The position numbers were made by a program, and so were the translations under genes. 64,000 bases of DNA from a virus. Its lineage: Duplodnaviria; Caudoviricetes. This document shows, in pieces, positions 1 through 9,933 of this stretch. Location of the stretch: positions 1-64,000 of the IMG/VR virus record IMGVR_UViG_3300021400_000885. One strand, written 5' to 3'. The notes under the pieces were generated by a model, which had not been told where the DNA came from, did no database searches, and saw nothing but the letters and a program-made list of their open reading frames with translations. Every line of letters begins with the position of its first letter. Position 1 is the stretch's first letter.

Positions 1-55
1 GTGGTGTGTGTGGGTTTGGGTGTGTGTAGTGTGCCCAACCCCCCATACCCCAACC

Positions 56-87
56 CCCCAATCCCCAATCCCCAATCCCCAATCCCC
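56..87 (+). repeat. Telomeric repeat (CCCCAAT)n, rumen-ciliate type
   Basis: Four perfect CCCCAAT units at 56-83 plus CCCC, preceded by degenerate low-complexity sequence at the contig end; CCCCAAT is the reported macronuclear telomere of Entodinium-type rumen ciliates. Confidence 0.75.
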
Positions 88-165
88 ATGACTAATATTA
101 ATATAAGATTTGTTAAAAGACAAAAAAATATTATTTAAATTTAAATATTTTAAATTTTAAAAAAG

Positions 166-1068
166 ATGAAAAAATTAAATTTGGTTTCTCAAGATTCATT
201 AAATGATGCATTTGAATTAATTAAAAATATTTTTGATAAAGAGAGAAATACTTATGAGAATTCAATAGCATCTTTAAAAAGTAAAATATCAGAATTAGAA
301 GAAGCTTTACTAAGAGTAAATAAAGAAAATATGAAATATCAAGCAAAAATTTCAGCTTTGAAAGGAAAATTAAATTCAATATCAAAAACTGTTTCAAAAT
401 TAGAAGAAAGTGATTTTGATTCAAAAAAGGAAAATAAAGATGTTGAAAAAACAGATATAATTATTAATATGGAAAATTTCAAAAATAATACAAATAATAA
501 TATAAAATATCGAAATAATGAAAAAGCAAATTCTTTTAGGAAAAGAACAAAATTTACATCTAATATAAATAGATCTGCAAGTGATAATTTTAATCTGATT
601 GTTAAAAAAAATTTTATTGATATTAATAATAACAAACAATTTAATAATGGTGAGGATATTAAATTTAATTATAATACAAGAACTCATGAGCAGCATAAAC
701 ATGATAAAAAAGCTTTATCTTCAAGAATCAAAAGTGGATTATTAAATGTAGAACAAACGGAAGATAAGATTAAATCAAAGGATAATAATTTATTTAAAAG
801 TTATAATCGTTATGGAGATAATTACTCATTATATCTTCATTCTAATGGATACGATGAAAGAAAAAGTAATAGAAAAATAGTTGAAAATTTTGAGAAGAAA
901 AATAATGTTAAAAAAGTAAAATATCTAAGTTCAGAAAAATTTAATAAAATTGAACAAAAAATTAAAGGAATAAAATCCGGTTTAAACATATATAAAGATA
1001 AAGAGGAAAGTAAATTAAATGAAAATATAAATAATAATTCAAATGATATTAAAGAAAATGATTTTTGA
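166..1068 (+). CDS. Eukaryote-like (ciliate) coiled-coil, Asn/Lys-rich hypothetical protein
   Basis: 300-aa ORF about 80 nt from the telomere; extremely AT-rich; N-terminal heptad coiled coil; composition unlike the phage DNA that follows. Confidence 0.65.
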   Translation: MKKLNLVSQDSLNDAFELIKNIFDKERNTYENSIASLKSKISELEEALLRVNKENMKYQAKISALKGKLNSISKTVSKLEESDFDSKKENKDVEKTDIIINMENFKNNTNNNIKYRNNEKANSFRKRTKFTSNINRSASDNFNLIVKKNFIDINNNKQFNNGEDIKFNYNTRTHEQHKHDKKALSSRIKSGLLNVEQTEDKIKSKDNNLFKSYNRYGDNYSLYLHSNGYDERKSNRKIVENFEKKNNVKKVKYLSSEKFNKIEQKIKGIKSGLNIYKDKEESKLNENINNNSNDIKENDF

Positions 1069-1256
1069 TAAATGTTTTCTCTATAATAATTGAAATTATT
1101 TTATATAGATAGAAAAATTTCATTTGTTATTTTATAATTTTTTATTTAGTTTCCATATATAAATAATTGATTATTATTTTTAACGTTTTAAAACATTATT
1201 ATATTAATATTTTTAATATAAATTAAAATTTATTTTTTTAAAATTTTCCCCCCTTT

Positions 1257-1292
1257 AAAAGTGGGGGGGGGGGGGGAGAAAACTCCTCCACT
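1257..1292 (-). terminator. Phage intrinsic terminator corrupted by a poly-G run (junction)
   Basis: aaaagtgg(G)n-gag aaaa ctcctccact: the right arm ctcctccact would pair with agtggaggag, but the left arm is replaced by a G-run; lies just downstream of ORF 1334-1735. Confidence 0.5.
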
Positions 1293-1333
1293 GCAATATT
1301 TAATTCTTAATTATCTGCCTTTTTAATTAAGAA

Positions 1334-1735
1334 TTATGATTCTCTTATTACTCCTCCAAGTTTATCAGCCCATCGTTCTGTATAAAACTTGTAGTATCCA
1401 TTTGCTGATGGCTTAACAATTGGTCCATATAACCATGCCCAAATAATTGAAGGTAAGCCAATTACAAGTAAATATAAAGGGCCAAGATATAAGGATTGTC
1501 TTGTGTGTCCCCATTCATGTTTTACAGTATCCCAAGTATAAGGATTATATGGGAACTTATTGACAATAACTACATATCCTAAAGATATTCCACCTGGAAA
1601 TCCCTTACATACTCTAATAGTTCTTCCTTTATAATTAAGAGTATGTGTTTGATTGCAGAATAAAAGGATTATATATCCAAGTAAAGTCTGTGGTAATTGC
1701 CAAATAAAAGATAATAATTCAAGTAAAGCTTTCAT
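1334..1735 (-). CDS. Membrane-associated HExxH zinc metallopeptidase-like protein
   Basis: HEWGH motif, downstream TERWAD glutamate, hydrophobic segments. Confidence 0.55.
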   Translation of the reverse strand: MKALLELLSFIWQLPQTLLGYIILLFCNQTHTLNYKGRTIRVCKGFPGGISLGYVVIVNKFPYNPYTWDTVKHEWGHTRQSLYLGPLYLLVIGLPSIIWAWLYGPIVKPSANGYYKFYTERWADKLGGVIRES

Positions 1736-1737
1736 AG

Positions 1738-2028
1738 TTATACTAAAGTTAATGGTATTAAAGCTAAAGCAATTCCAATTACATCAGCAAGGAGGTCTGA
1801 AAAAGCTGCTGAATGATTTGGAGAGAACTTGTCATACACCTCTTTAACAACACCAACTGCTAAAGTAAAGCAGAATGAGCAAAGAATACTTTCCCATTTG
1901 CCCATAAAAAGATTAAGCAGTGCAAACATAAAGAGTGCAATTACTGTACTAAAAAGAATGTGGAGAACCCTGTCTCCTTCATAGAGCCATTTAATAAGGT
2001 TAGGCACTAAACTCAATAACTTTTTCAT
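1738..2028 (-). CDS. VanZ-like small membrane protein
   Basis: DRVLH...KEVYD...DLLADVIG pattern, 3 TM segments; start taken at MKKLL. Confidence 0.5.
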   Translation of the reverse strand: MKKLLSLVPNLIKWLYEGDRVLHILFSTVIALFMFALLNLFMGKWESILCSFCFTLAVGVVKEVYDKFSPNHSAAFSDLLADVIGIALALIPLTLV

Positions 2029-2464
2029 AATTTTCGTGTGTATCTCTAACATCAACATGAAGCCAAGAAACTCCTTTCTCCATCCTTATTGGATAAGGAA
2101 GCAAGTGCTGATTAGCTTTAATTTTTTGTCTTGCCTGCTCACCAGTCATTGTTTTCATTGAAGCATCAAAAGCTTTACCCAGACCATGAGCAGTTATATA
2201 AAGCCTTCCAGCGAGAGTTTTATCTTTAACAAGTTGACAAAGATTACATCTAAATCCCCTTTGATAAGAGCCCCCATAATTAATAACCATAGGGGTTTTA
2301 AGAATATCTCTTCTAATTACAAGGAGAGTATGAAGAATCTTTGTATCAAAAAACTGCCATGCAGATGCACCGTATGATGCATAGGTATGACTGCAAGCAA
2401 GCTCTCTAATATTAAAATAATTCTTAAGCTCTCTGATGACCTCTTTTCTTGTTAATTCGCTCAT
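2000..2464 (-). CDS. Endolysin, peptidase M15 family
   Basis: R..C..AHGLGKAFD and SWLHVD zinc-binding motifs; adjacent to holin. Confidence 0.8.
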   Translation of the reverse strand: MSELTRKEVIRELKNYFNIRELACSHTYASYGASAWQFFDTKILHTLLVIRRDILKTPMVINYGGSYQRGFRCNLCQLVKDKTLAGRLYITAHGLGKAFDASMKTMTGEQARQKIKANQHLLPYPIRMEKGVSWLHVDVRDTHENYEKVIEFSA

Positions 2465-2978
2465 GTTGTACTTTATTTAAATGTTCTTTTTCAAGTTCTT
2501 TCCTTTTGATTTCATCAATATCTTCCTTGATGAAAATTTCATCAGCTTCTGGACAAGTCAGTTGAGCTGGAGACCTTTTAAGGAAAGCTTTAATGAGAGC
2601 ATTAAGGGAAAGACTTATGCCATGAGGCTTAAGTATATTGCCTATAATACTACCACCTTCAATAATTACAATAAGGAGTGCCGCCCATTTTGCATAATTG
2701 AATCCATCTTGAGCAGCAACATTAATACAACAAATCATGCAGACAAAGGCAGCATATACAAGCATTTTACCCATAGTCTCTCTGCAAGCCTTTGAAAATC
2801 TTATAGGAATCTCAAGTTTATAAGATTTCCATAGTCCTGCAATCAGGTCAGCCATGATTACAAAAAACATGGTTATGAACCAAGGAATCATGAGTACTAA
2901 GGCTTCTCCAAGAAAAGCCAATGCTACAGGAATTGCAACACCACTTGCTAACATCATCATTGTATTAGAAATTTTCAT
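2424..2978 (-). CDS. Holin (phage holin 4-like)
   Basis: Multiple TM segments, ADLIAG and EGGSIIGN motifs, directly upstream of the endolysin. Confidence 0.7.
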   Translation of the reverse strand: MKISNTMMMLASGVAIPVALAFLGEALVLMIPWFITMFFVIMADLIAGLWKSYKLEIPIRFSKACRETMGKMLVYAAFVCMICCINVAAQDGFNYAKWAALLIVIIEGGSIIGNILKPHGISLSLNALIKAFLKRSPAQLTCPEADEIFIKEDIDEIKRKELEKEHLNKVQHERINKKRGHQRA

Positions 2979-2980
2979 AA

Positions 2981-5443
2981 TTATTTACCTTTAGGTCTCC
3001 TTGCTGAAATTCTGGAAATTTGATTACGCTCTTTCTCAAGAGCTAATTTTTTATTATCTTGTTGTATCTTAATGTCAAATTCTCTGATTTGCTCTTTAAG
3101 TCTTTCCTTATCAGCTTCAGACATCCTTTCTTCAATCCCATCTTCTTGTTGGGATATTTGCATAGCTGTTGTGTCCAGCTTGGCATCAGCTTGAATTTGT
3201 GCAGTCAGAATCTTTGTTTCATTGTTTTCAGTATTCATGGCTGCTTGATATTCAAGGTCTGCCTGATGTTGAGCCATTTGTGCTTCAAGAGCTTGTTGCT
3301 GAGCTTCCATTTGAGCCTGCTGGTCTCTTTGGGCTTGCATCATTCTCTTTTTCTCACTGTTTTCAAGTATTCTTATTTTCTCAGCAAGGGAGTTAGTAGA
3401 CTGCCACATTCTCATAATATCACTAAGAGAAGCAGCTTGATTTTGTAAAGCTGCCTGACCAAGAGCTTCAATCTTCTGGTCAAGGTTTACAACATCAGAT
3501 GAGTCATCCATGACAATACCATAGTCATTTTCAGCATACTCATCACCATCAAACTCCATAAGTTTCCAAGTTCCTTCTGAAGTCAGGTATCTAAATTTAA
3601 TTTTCTTACCTCTTGCAGCAATTTTTGCAGTCTCATTGAAACAATCAAGAGCTCTTCTCTTTGTGTCATTATGCTTTGCAAAGAAGCTTTCTGTAATGTA
3701 TGAGGATTGTAAAGTGGCTCTTTCAACACCACCAACAGTTTCTCTGTTTGCAATTTGGCCTTCCCTTTGCCTGTTAATGCCAACAATTTCACCCATCTCA
3801 ACTTTAACCCATTCAGCAAGATTCATAAGTTGCTGAATGTAGTTTCCAGAAGCATCACTTATGATTCTCTGGGTATTATTGTTTAAAGCTCCTGCAAGTT
3901 TACCCTTTGCAGCACCTTCAGTTCCCTCATTAAAGGAAGAAGATATTGCTAAGTGATTAACTTTTGCAAAGTAGAGCCATTTATCAAATGACCATCCTCT
4001 TGGAATCTTGTCAATATCAACCTCAGCAAGAGTTCCCCAAGAAGCAGCAATGGCATCAGAAATTCTATAATGGAGAACATCATATAAATAATTATATGGC
4101 TTCATCATATCAACCATACTGAATGGCTTGTCTCCGTTGAGGTTATATATGGTTCCAACAATACCAAAATGACATCTTGATGGATTGGAAAGTCTGCTAT
4201 ATTGAACAGGTCTTGGTCTTATGTTTACAAATATACCATAAGTACCATCTGTTGCAGACTCTTCAAAATTATGATTATGTCCACCAATCAGTGTTCCTTC
4301 CCAAGCCTCGTTAACCCAAAGTGTCTCAGATTCCTCTCCAAGTTCCTTCTTTGGTACATAATTCTCAGCATAGAAGTTAAACTCTTCTTCTCCAGTTTCA
4401 GCATTATAGCTCTTTACCTTTTGAATTTTTCTTCTGGATTTCCAGAACATTCTCATTACTCTGATGTTTCCATCAGTATCATAAGGCAATAAATTGTCAT
4501 ATTCTGGAGCTCCATGAACAGGAGAAAAGAATTCTTTACTTGAATGGCTGAAGGAAAGAATATCATCCATCATGGAATGCATGGGTAAAAGACCATTCCT
4601 ATAATCAGGAATTCCCATTGCATTAGTTCCTTGTCCTAAATAACTAGGTAAATTTTCAAGATACTCAATATCCCTCTTGGTGAGTTGGTCATAATAAGTA
4701 TCAATAACTCTACCTGGAGACCAGAACTCTTCAATAATTATAATATCAGCATCTTCAATCTTATTAGACCTTCCAGACCTGAATATTCTTATTGAAAGAG
4801 GGTCTACCTTTTGTATAATAGGCTCTCCACCAACAATGTCACATTGGTAAATTTCTTCACCAATAGCTAAAGCATCTACAAATCCCTCATTAAACATAAG
4901 AGGCATATTGTACTCAGAAGAGTAGTGCTTTATGTATTGGTTAGACCTTACTTCTCTAAAGTCTTGCCAATTATAAGTGTAATAATCATTTAACTCTTCA
5001 AGCTTCTGCTCATAATCTTCCTCACTTATTGAAGTGTCTTCAATAATATTTCTAAGGTCATTGAGCAATGCATTCTTCTTTGCATTTTCAATCTCAGAAA
5101 CTGCGCTTGGATTGGTTACAACAGCTCTCCAATTAAATGGTCTTTTAAGCTCCTCACCAATAAGAACTTGTAGTTTTGAGTTCATTATTGGAAAGTGTTG
5201 AATCTTTTCTGGAATATAATCAGCTTCTACATTAGCAGGATTTAAGATAAGAGCCACATCATCCATGTGAATCTTACCTCTTAATAAATCATAATTTATT
5301 CTTTTATTCCAGACGGACTTTCTTACTGGAGAGTAATTCTGAAAACTTCTTGAATCACCCCAGAGTACACACTGTCTTCCCCATTTCAATGTCTTTCTTG
5401 AAAAGGGCAATGCTTGTCTTGGAAATTGAATTGTATCGTACAT
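2981..5443 (-). CDS. Portal protein (crAss-like)
   Basis: 820 aa; FPRQALP N-terminus, RQREGQIANRETVGGVER motif, Gln-rich C-terminal coiled coil; next to terminase. Confidence 0.9.
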   Translation of the reverse strand: MYDTIQFPRQALPFSRKTLKWGRQCVLWGDSRSFQNYSPVRKSVWNKRINYDLLRGKIHMDDVALILNPANVEADYIPEKIQHFPIMNSKLQVLIGEELKRPFNWRAVVTNPSAVSEIENAKKNALLNDLRNIIEDTSISEEDYEQKLEELNDYYTYNWQDFREVRSNQYIKHYSSEYNMPLMFNEGFVDALAIGEEIYQCDIVGGEPIIQKVDPLSIRIFRSGRSNKIEDADIIIIEEFWSPGRVIDTYYDQLTKRDIEYLENLPSYLGQGTNAMGIPDYRNGLLPMHSMMDDILSFSHSSKEFFSPVHGAPEYDNLLPYDTDGNIRVMRMFWKSRRKIQKVKSYNAETGEEEFNFYAENYVPKKELGEESETLWVNEAWEGTLIGGHNHNFEESATDGTYGIFVNIRPRPVQYSRLSNPSRCHFGIVGTIYNLNGDKPFSMVDMMKPYNYLYDVLHYRISDAIAASWGTLAEVDIDKIPRGWSFDKWLYFAKVNHLAISSSFNEGTEGAAKGKLAGALNNNTQRIISDASGNYIQQLMNLAEWVKVEMGEIVGINRQREGQIANRETVGGVERATLQSSYITESFFAKHNDTKRRALDCFNETAKIAARGKKIKFRYLTSEGTWKLMEFDGDEYAENDYGIVMDDSSDVVNLDQKIEALGQAALQNQAASLSDIMRMWQSTNSLAEKIRILENSEKKRMMQAQRDQQAQMEAQQQALEAQMAQHQADLEYQAAMNTENNETKILTAQIQADAKLDTTAMQISQQEDGIEERMSEADKERLKEQIREFDIKIQQDNKKLALEKERNQISRISARRPKGK

Positions 5444-5460
5444 AACTTATAATTAACGAA

Positions 5461-5468
5461 CAAATATA
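5461..5468 (-). promoter_or_regulatory. Bacteroidetes sigma-A -7 element TATATTTG upstream of portal
   Basis: caaatata on plus strand = TAnnTTTG on minus, 18 nt before the portal ATG. Confidence 0.55.
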
Positions 5469-5514
5469 CCTATAATACTAAAGTGTACCAAAAGGCAATA
5501 CTTTTTTACTATAT

Positions 5515-7803
5515 TTACTGCCTCATTCTTACTTTGTAGTTCCTGCTAAAGTATGGGTCATTACCCAAATAATCCTTATCATTTCTTGTATTATTCTTAC
5601 CAAAGTCATCACCAAGAGTAACAACCCTGTCCTCTCTAATAAGCATTAACATTCCAAGAGAAGAAACCCTATCGTAGTTACCATTTTCATTCCATTGTCT
5701 CATCTCTTCAAGGGCTGCTCTATTCCACATTGTCATAAGTCTTGTTACAGTTACCTCTGCTTCATCTTCATCAGTATTTGTATTTTGAACAATTACTGGT
5801 TTAAGAATCCACTCACGAAGCAAGTGTCTTGCATAATTATTTATTGGTTGCGTAGCATTTACTCCATAAGTACTATTACCAATTTTTTGACCTCTAATAA
5901 AGTCTTTATCCTTTAAAAACTCAGGTGTCTCAGCAAGGATGTAAAGACAATTCATTTTCTTGAAGTATCCGTACAATCCCTTCTTATTGTTTTCATAGAG
6001 TAACTTTGCATTATAAAAGATGCACCCAAGTCTTACAAGTTCATAACAATCATCAGCATAAGACAGTCTTCCAGTCCATTCACATACAATACTGTCAGTC
6101 CATGTGTCTAAAACAAAGAAACTTACTAAAGACATAGTGTCTGCCTCATCAGAATCTACAGGGTCACATGATGCTATGTATCTTCCAGAATAAACCTTTC
6201 CATCTTTCTTTTCTGGAAGCTTTGAAATTTCAACAGCTCCTGATATTTTATTGTCTTTAGTAGGGAATTTATGTATAGGAGTTTCTCCAGTAGGCTCAAA
6301 TGAAACTTCTCCATTACTCTTTTGTATGAATTTTCCAACCAAAATAGTATCAAAAAAATTAGGATTTAAATCAATTTCTTGGATTCTGTCAGTTAATTGA
6401 GCCACAGGGAAGTATGCCCCATCCCTTTTCATAATAGCATCTTGCAGAGTAATTGGATTTTCTGCTTTTGTTCTTGTTATCTGGAATGGGTCTGGATTTT
6501 CATACTTTGCTATGTATCTGTCAAAGCAAAGAGCATACAAAGCTTTTGTTACATCAGAAATGCCATCTTTATTGTAGCACCCCTTTCTGTTTACATAAGC
6601 TGGAAAACAAAATATGGAAGTTCCTCTTTGCTGCTGAGCCTTATCCCAAACATTCTCAAAGGAGAGAAAATGTGAACCACTTGGGTGATAAATAAGGTCA
6701 AGTGCACCACTAAAGTCAGCACCTTCCTCACCACCAGTTCCAATACATACAATTATACCAAACACCAAATCACCATCCCTTACAGAAGGCTCTGCAATCT
6801 TAATAACTGAAGCAACATTAGGGAATTTACCAAATTCCTCAAAACCAATTAGTTCTGCACGTTTACCTCTTCCCTTGTCTGGGTCATCCTTAATAGCAAT
6901 TCCAAGAACCTGATTTCCAGTACCTCTCTTAGTTCCAGTGTTAAGGTCAATATATCCCATAGTCCACTCCATGTCACTAAGAGAAGACTTGAGCCTTTTT
7001 CTTGGAAATTCCGTATTTTGAGCAATAAAGTCTGCCATATCTTCAAACATATTGAGAGTACCACTCTTATTAAGGAACTCCTTCTGATATGCCATCAATA
7101 TGCCTCTTGAATTTGCCTTTTCTCCAACAGAACGTACATCATCATGTCTTGTTCCAACAATGAATATTTTAGCTAATGCTGAAGCTAAGGTGTACGACTT
7201 GCTAGCCCCTCTTTTAGATATTTCACCAAAGTTAAGGCCTAGTCTCATTGCAATGTCCCACCCAGTAAATCTCCATAGAATGCCTTCCCAGAACTCTGGA
7301 AAATCCATAGTTCTTACACCAGTATTTGAAGATTCATTTCCAACTGTAATAAGAATTGGGCAGTAATTTAAATACCAATACATATATCCAGGAATCCAAG
7401 CACCATCAGATTCTCTAAGATATCCTTCCCTAATTCTTCTTACCTCTTCATTTTGCCATTTCATATACTCACTTCCAGGAGCTCTGTTTGGCCTTAAGTC
7501 AGTAAACTTACCTGTCTGTTGAAAATGAATGGCTGTTGGTCTAAAATAATCAATATCTTCAATAATTGGAGGTTGCTCTATTCTCCAAATAGCTTTACCA
7601 GACTCATCTCTTGGCAAGTCTTTTATATTAGGTCTATCTGGACTAATCAACCATTGAACTAATGGAATTGTTGCTATGCATTCATTAAACTCATCCTGCA
7701 CTTCCTTTGGAGCATTTTTGAATGCAATGGATACTGGAGTACCATTTAATACTCTCGTAAATACTAAGTCTTCTATTGGGGTTTGGTACTTATTGAATTC
7801 CAT
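5515..7803 (-). CDS. terL: Terminase large subunit
   Basis: Walker A-like KRGASKS, RGKR, FEEFG Walker B, GTGG, RNase H-like CDPVD and NYDRVS nuclease motifs. Confidence 0.92.
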   Translation of the reverse strand: MEFNKYQTPIEDLVFTRVLNGTPVSIAFKNAPKEVQDEFNECIATIPLVQWLISPDRPNIKDLPRDESGKAIWRIEQPPIIEDIDYFRPTAIHFQQTGKFTDLRPNRAPGSEYMKWQNEEVRRIREGYLRESDGAWIPGYMYWYLNYCPILITVGNESSNTGVRTMDFPEFWEGILWRFTGWDIAMRLGLNFGEISKRGASKSYTLASALAKIFIVGTRHDDVRSVGEKANSRGILMAYQKEFLNKSGTLNMFEDMADFIAQNTEFPRKRLKSSLSDMEWTMGYIDLNTGTKRGTGNQVLGIAIKDDPDKGRGKRAELIGFEEFGKFPNVASVIKIAEPSVRDGDLVFGIIVCIGTGGEEGADFSGALDLIYHPSGSHFLSFENVWDKAQQQRGTSIFCFPAYVNRKGCYNKDGISDVTKALYALCFDRYIAKYENPDPFQITRTKAENPITLQDAIMKRDGAYFPVAQLTDRIQEIDLNPNFFDTILVGKFIQKSNGEVSFEPTGETPIHKFPTKDNKISGAVEISKLPEKKDGKVYSGRYIASCDPVDSDEADTMSLVSFFVLDTWTDSIVCEWTGRLSYADDCYELVRLGCIFYNAKLLYENNKKGLYGYFKKMNCLYILAETPEFLKDKDFIRGQKIGNSTYGVNATQPINNYARHLLREWILKPVIVQNTNTDEDEAEVTVTRLMTMWNRAALEEMRQWNENGNYDRVSSLGMLMLIREDRVVTLGDDFGKNNTRNDKDYLGNDPYFSRNYKVRMRQ

Positions 7804-8093
7804 AGTTTCTCCTTATTCTTCAGTAACTCAATAATTACAGTACTTGTTACCTTCTCAGCAATTCCTCCAACCTTTTCATATGAAGATGTCATTGCATCAC
7901 ACTCAAGGATTTTCTTATACTTTCCAGTGTCTCCTTTCTTTCTAAAGAATACTCTTACAGTGTACACTTTTAAAGAGCCTATTGGCCCTTTTCTCTGCGA
8001 GAGGAGGGAAATAAACTCACAGTCTCTTTCTCCTTGAGAGTTACACCATCCAGTTAGAGCATCACTTATGACTTTCTCAATATTATATCCCAT
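7773..8093 (-). CDS. Hypothetical protein
   Basis: ORF overlapping both neighbours; start taken at MGYNIEK. Confidence 0.55.
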   Translation of the reverse strand: MGYNIEKVISDALTGWCNSQGERDCEFISLLSQRKGPIGSLKVYTVRVFFRKKGDTGKYKKILECDAMTSSYEKVGGIAEKVTSTVIIELLKNKEKLWNSISTKPQ

Positions 8094-8634
8094 CTTCAAA
8101 CATTGAATTTTCAATACCTCTTGCTCTTGCACCTTCCTTAATTTCAGAATCAACCTTTCTTTCAAGGTCTTGTAGCTGAGGAATAACTTTATTAAGCCTT
8201 TCAAGCATAGAGATTATTTCACTTGGTTTTGTTACTCTTGCTCCCTTATCAGTCCTCTCTCGAAGAATAGACTCTGTATTTTCAAGTTCATTTTTAAGAG
8301 CTTCTGCAGCAATTCTTGAAGCTTGAAGCAGTCTTTTTGATGTTGTTACTGTTGCATTTTCATAAACTTCCATAGCTTCTTTAAGGTCTTTTGATGGCTT
8401 AAAGTTGCTTGGAAGTCCTTCCTGCTTAATAATTTCTTTTGCTCTCTCCTCTTCGTTGGTGATGTATGCATAAACAGACCTTGGGTCTACCATAAAGTAA
8501 AGATAGGCTATTTGAGTCATAAAACTCTCTTTTTGCTTAGACCTGTCTGCATTATATAATTTCCTAATAGGCTTTATAAGTAAAGCTTCAGCAGTTGGCT
8601 GAACTTGATAGTCTCTAAATTCAATTAGTTTCAT
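8083..8634 (-). CDS. Conserved crAss-like helical protein upstream of terL (terminase small subunit candidate)
   Basis: 183 aa, helical; position next to terL is the only functional clue. Confidence 0.5.
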   Translation of the reverse strand: MKLIEFRDYQVQPTAEALLIKPIRKLYNADRSKQKESFMTQIAYLYFMVDPRSVYAYITNEEERAKEIIKQEGLPSNFKPSKDLKEAMEVYENATVTTSKRLLQASRIAAEALKNELENTESILRERTDKGARVTKPSEIISMLERLNKVIPQLQDLERKVDSEIKEGARARGIENSMFEDGI

Positions 8635-8784
8635 GTTTCTTAGGTTTTGTAATTAGATTTATCAGTTCTCTTCTAAGCTCACCAAGAGCATTGTCTGATA
8701 AATATACATAGTGTCCATTGAAGCATACCTTATTATGTATTGTAATGCTTGGAGGTAAATAAGTCCTTTTCATATTAACAAAAT

Positions 8785-8806
8785 GACCCACCCATATGGG
8801 TGGGTC
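8785..8806. terminator. GC-rich hairpin / terminator
   Basis: gacccacccatatgggtgggtc perfect inverted repeat after the GroES-like gene. Confidence 0.55.
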
Positions 8807-8832
8807 TTCCCGATTTAGTAAAAATGTACTGA

Positions 8833-9276
8833 TTATTTAATTATAGTATCGGGAGATGCTATAATGGGAGTTTCATCAAACTCTTCACCTTCCTCAATGA
8901 CAAAATGAACGTCATTATCATAAATAAACATTACATTATAACTATACTCATTTCCATTTTCATCTGTACCATAGATTGTTTCAGATGGAATGTTTACAGT
9001 TACATGCATATCATCCTTTACAACATTATTTTCAAGGTCTTTTTTGCCTTCCCTGTGCCTAATTTCAGCATATCTTGCAGGATTAATCTTTACAACATCT
9101 CCTACATTAATGCCTTTAACCATAGGACCAACTGCAAGAACAGTCTGATATTCTTTTATTTTATTCTCCTTTACTGTATAGAGACCTGAAATCTTTGCTT
9201 CAGCAGAAGAATAAATATTCTTTGTAACAACAATCTGATTAAACAGTGGACGGATTTTCTTTATCTTGTAAATCAT
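8833..9276 (-). CDS. groES: GroES-like co-chaperonin
   Basis: IRPLFNQIVV...SGLY...VLAVGP...INVGDVV signature. Confidence 0.75.
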   Translation of the reverse strand: MIYKIKKIRPLFNQIVVTKNIYSSAEAKISGLYTVKENKIKEYQTVLAVGPMVKGINVGDVVKINPARYAEIRHREGKKDLENNVVKDDMHVTVNIPSETIYGTDENGNEYSYNVMFIYDNDVHFVIEEGEEFDETPIIASPDTIIK

Positions 9277-9544
9277 TTTCCTTTTCTTTTAGTTTATGTA
9301 TTGAATCTGCAATGCTTTTATGTCTGAAATACCTTTTTTCTGGTAAATACAACTTACCAACATAAGGAATTGAGAAACTTGTCTTTAGCTTTGAAAACTC
9401 TTCTGGAGTAAGGTCTTTATCCAAAGGAAGTGTATTAATAGTCTGTTTGATAAACTTAAATACATCAGTATAAGCCCTTTCACAAACCTCTATAGGAATG
9501 TCAAGATTATGTGCAACTTCCCTTATGATTTCATTAAGATTCAT
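9239..9544 (-). CDS. HU/IHF-like DNA-binding protein
   Basis: N-terminal helices EIIREVA..L.I, FSIPYVGKL strand motif; typical of crAss-like late region. Confidence 0.6.
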   Translation of the reverse strand: MNLNEIIREVAHNLDIPIEVCERAYTDVFKFIKQTINTLPLDKDLTPEEFSKLKTSFSIPYVGKLYLPEKRYFRHKSIADSIHKLKEKENDLQDKENPSTV

Positions 9545-9932
9545 TTTTAAATATGAACATTAATCTGAATGGCTTGCCCTCTTCCCAATCTGGAATATAC
9601 CTTGGATTGACTCTCTTATTAATCAGTACATTATTCTTTCTAAGATTATGAAGAATAATTTTCATGTGAGAATCAGTAATCCCAGCCTCTTTCAGCATCT
9701 CTGCTTTACTTTCCTCCTTGAAGAGAAGACTGTCAATAATAAAACTGTCTTTAATTTCTGAAGCAATCTTAGCTCTCTTTTTCAGCATAATAGCAAAGAA
9801 ATCCATCTCTTTTGGTGTAAGTTTATGAATTGGACGCATAACTTGCAACCAAGCTCTAAAGAAGGAGTTGTTGTCTGTAGGAATCACAACAACTCCATCT
9901 ACAAGCTTTGAAGGATTTTCAGAGCTACTCAT
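9534..9932 (-). CDS. Putative HTH DNA-binding protein
   Basis: LTPKE...GITDSHMKIILHNLRK winged-helix-like pattern. Confidence 0.45.
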   Translation of the reverse strand: MSSSENPSKLVDGVVVIPTDNNSFFRAWLQVMRPIHKLTPKEMDFFAIMLKKRAKIASEIKDSFIIDSLLFKEESKAEMLKEAGITDSHMKIILHNLRKNNVLINKRVNPRYIPDWEEGKPFRLMFIFKNES

Positions 9933-9933
9933 T

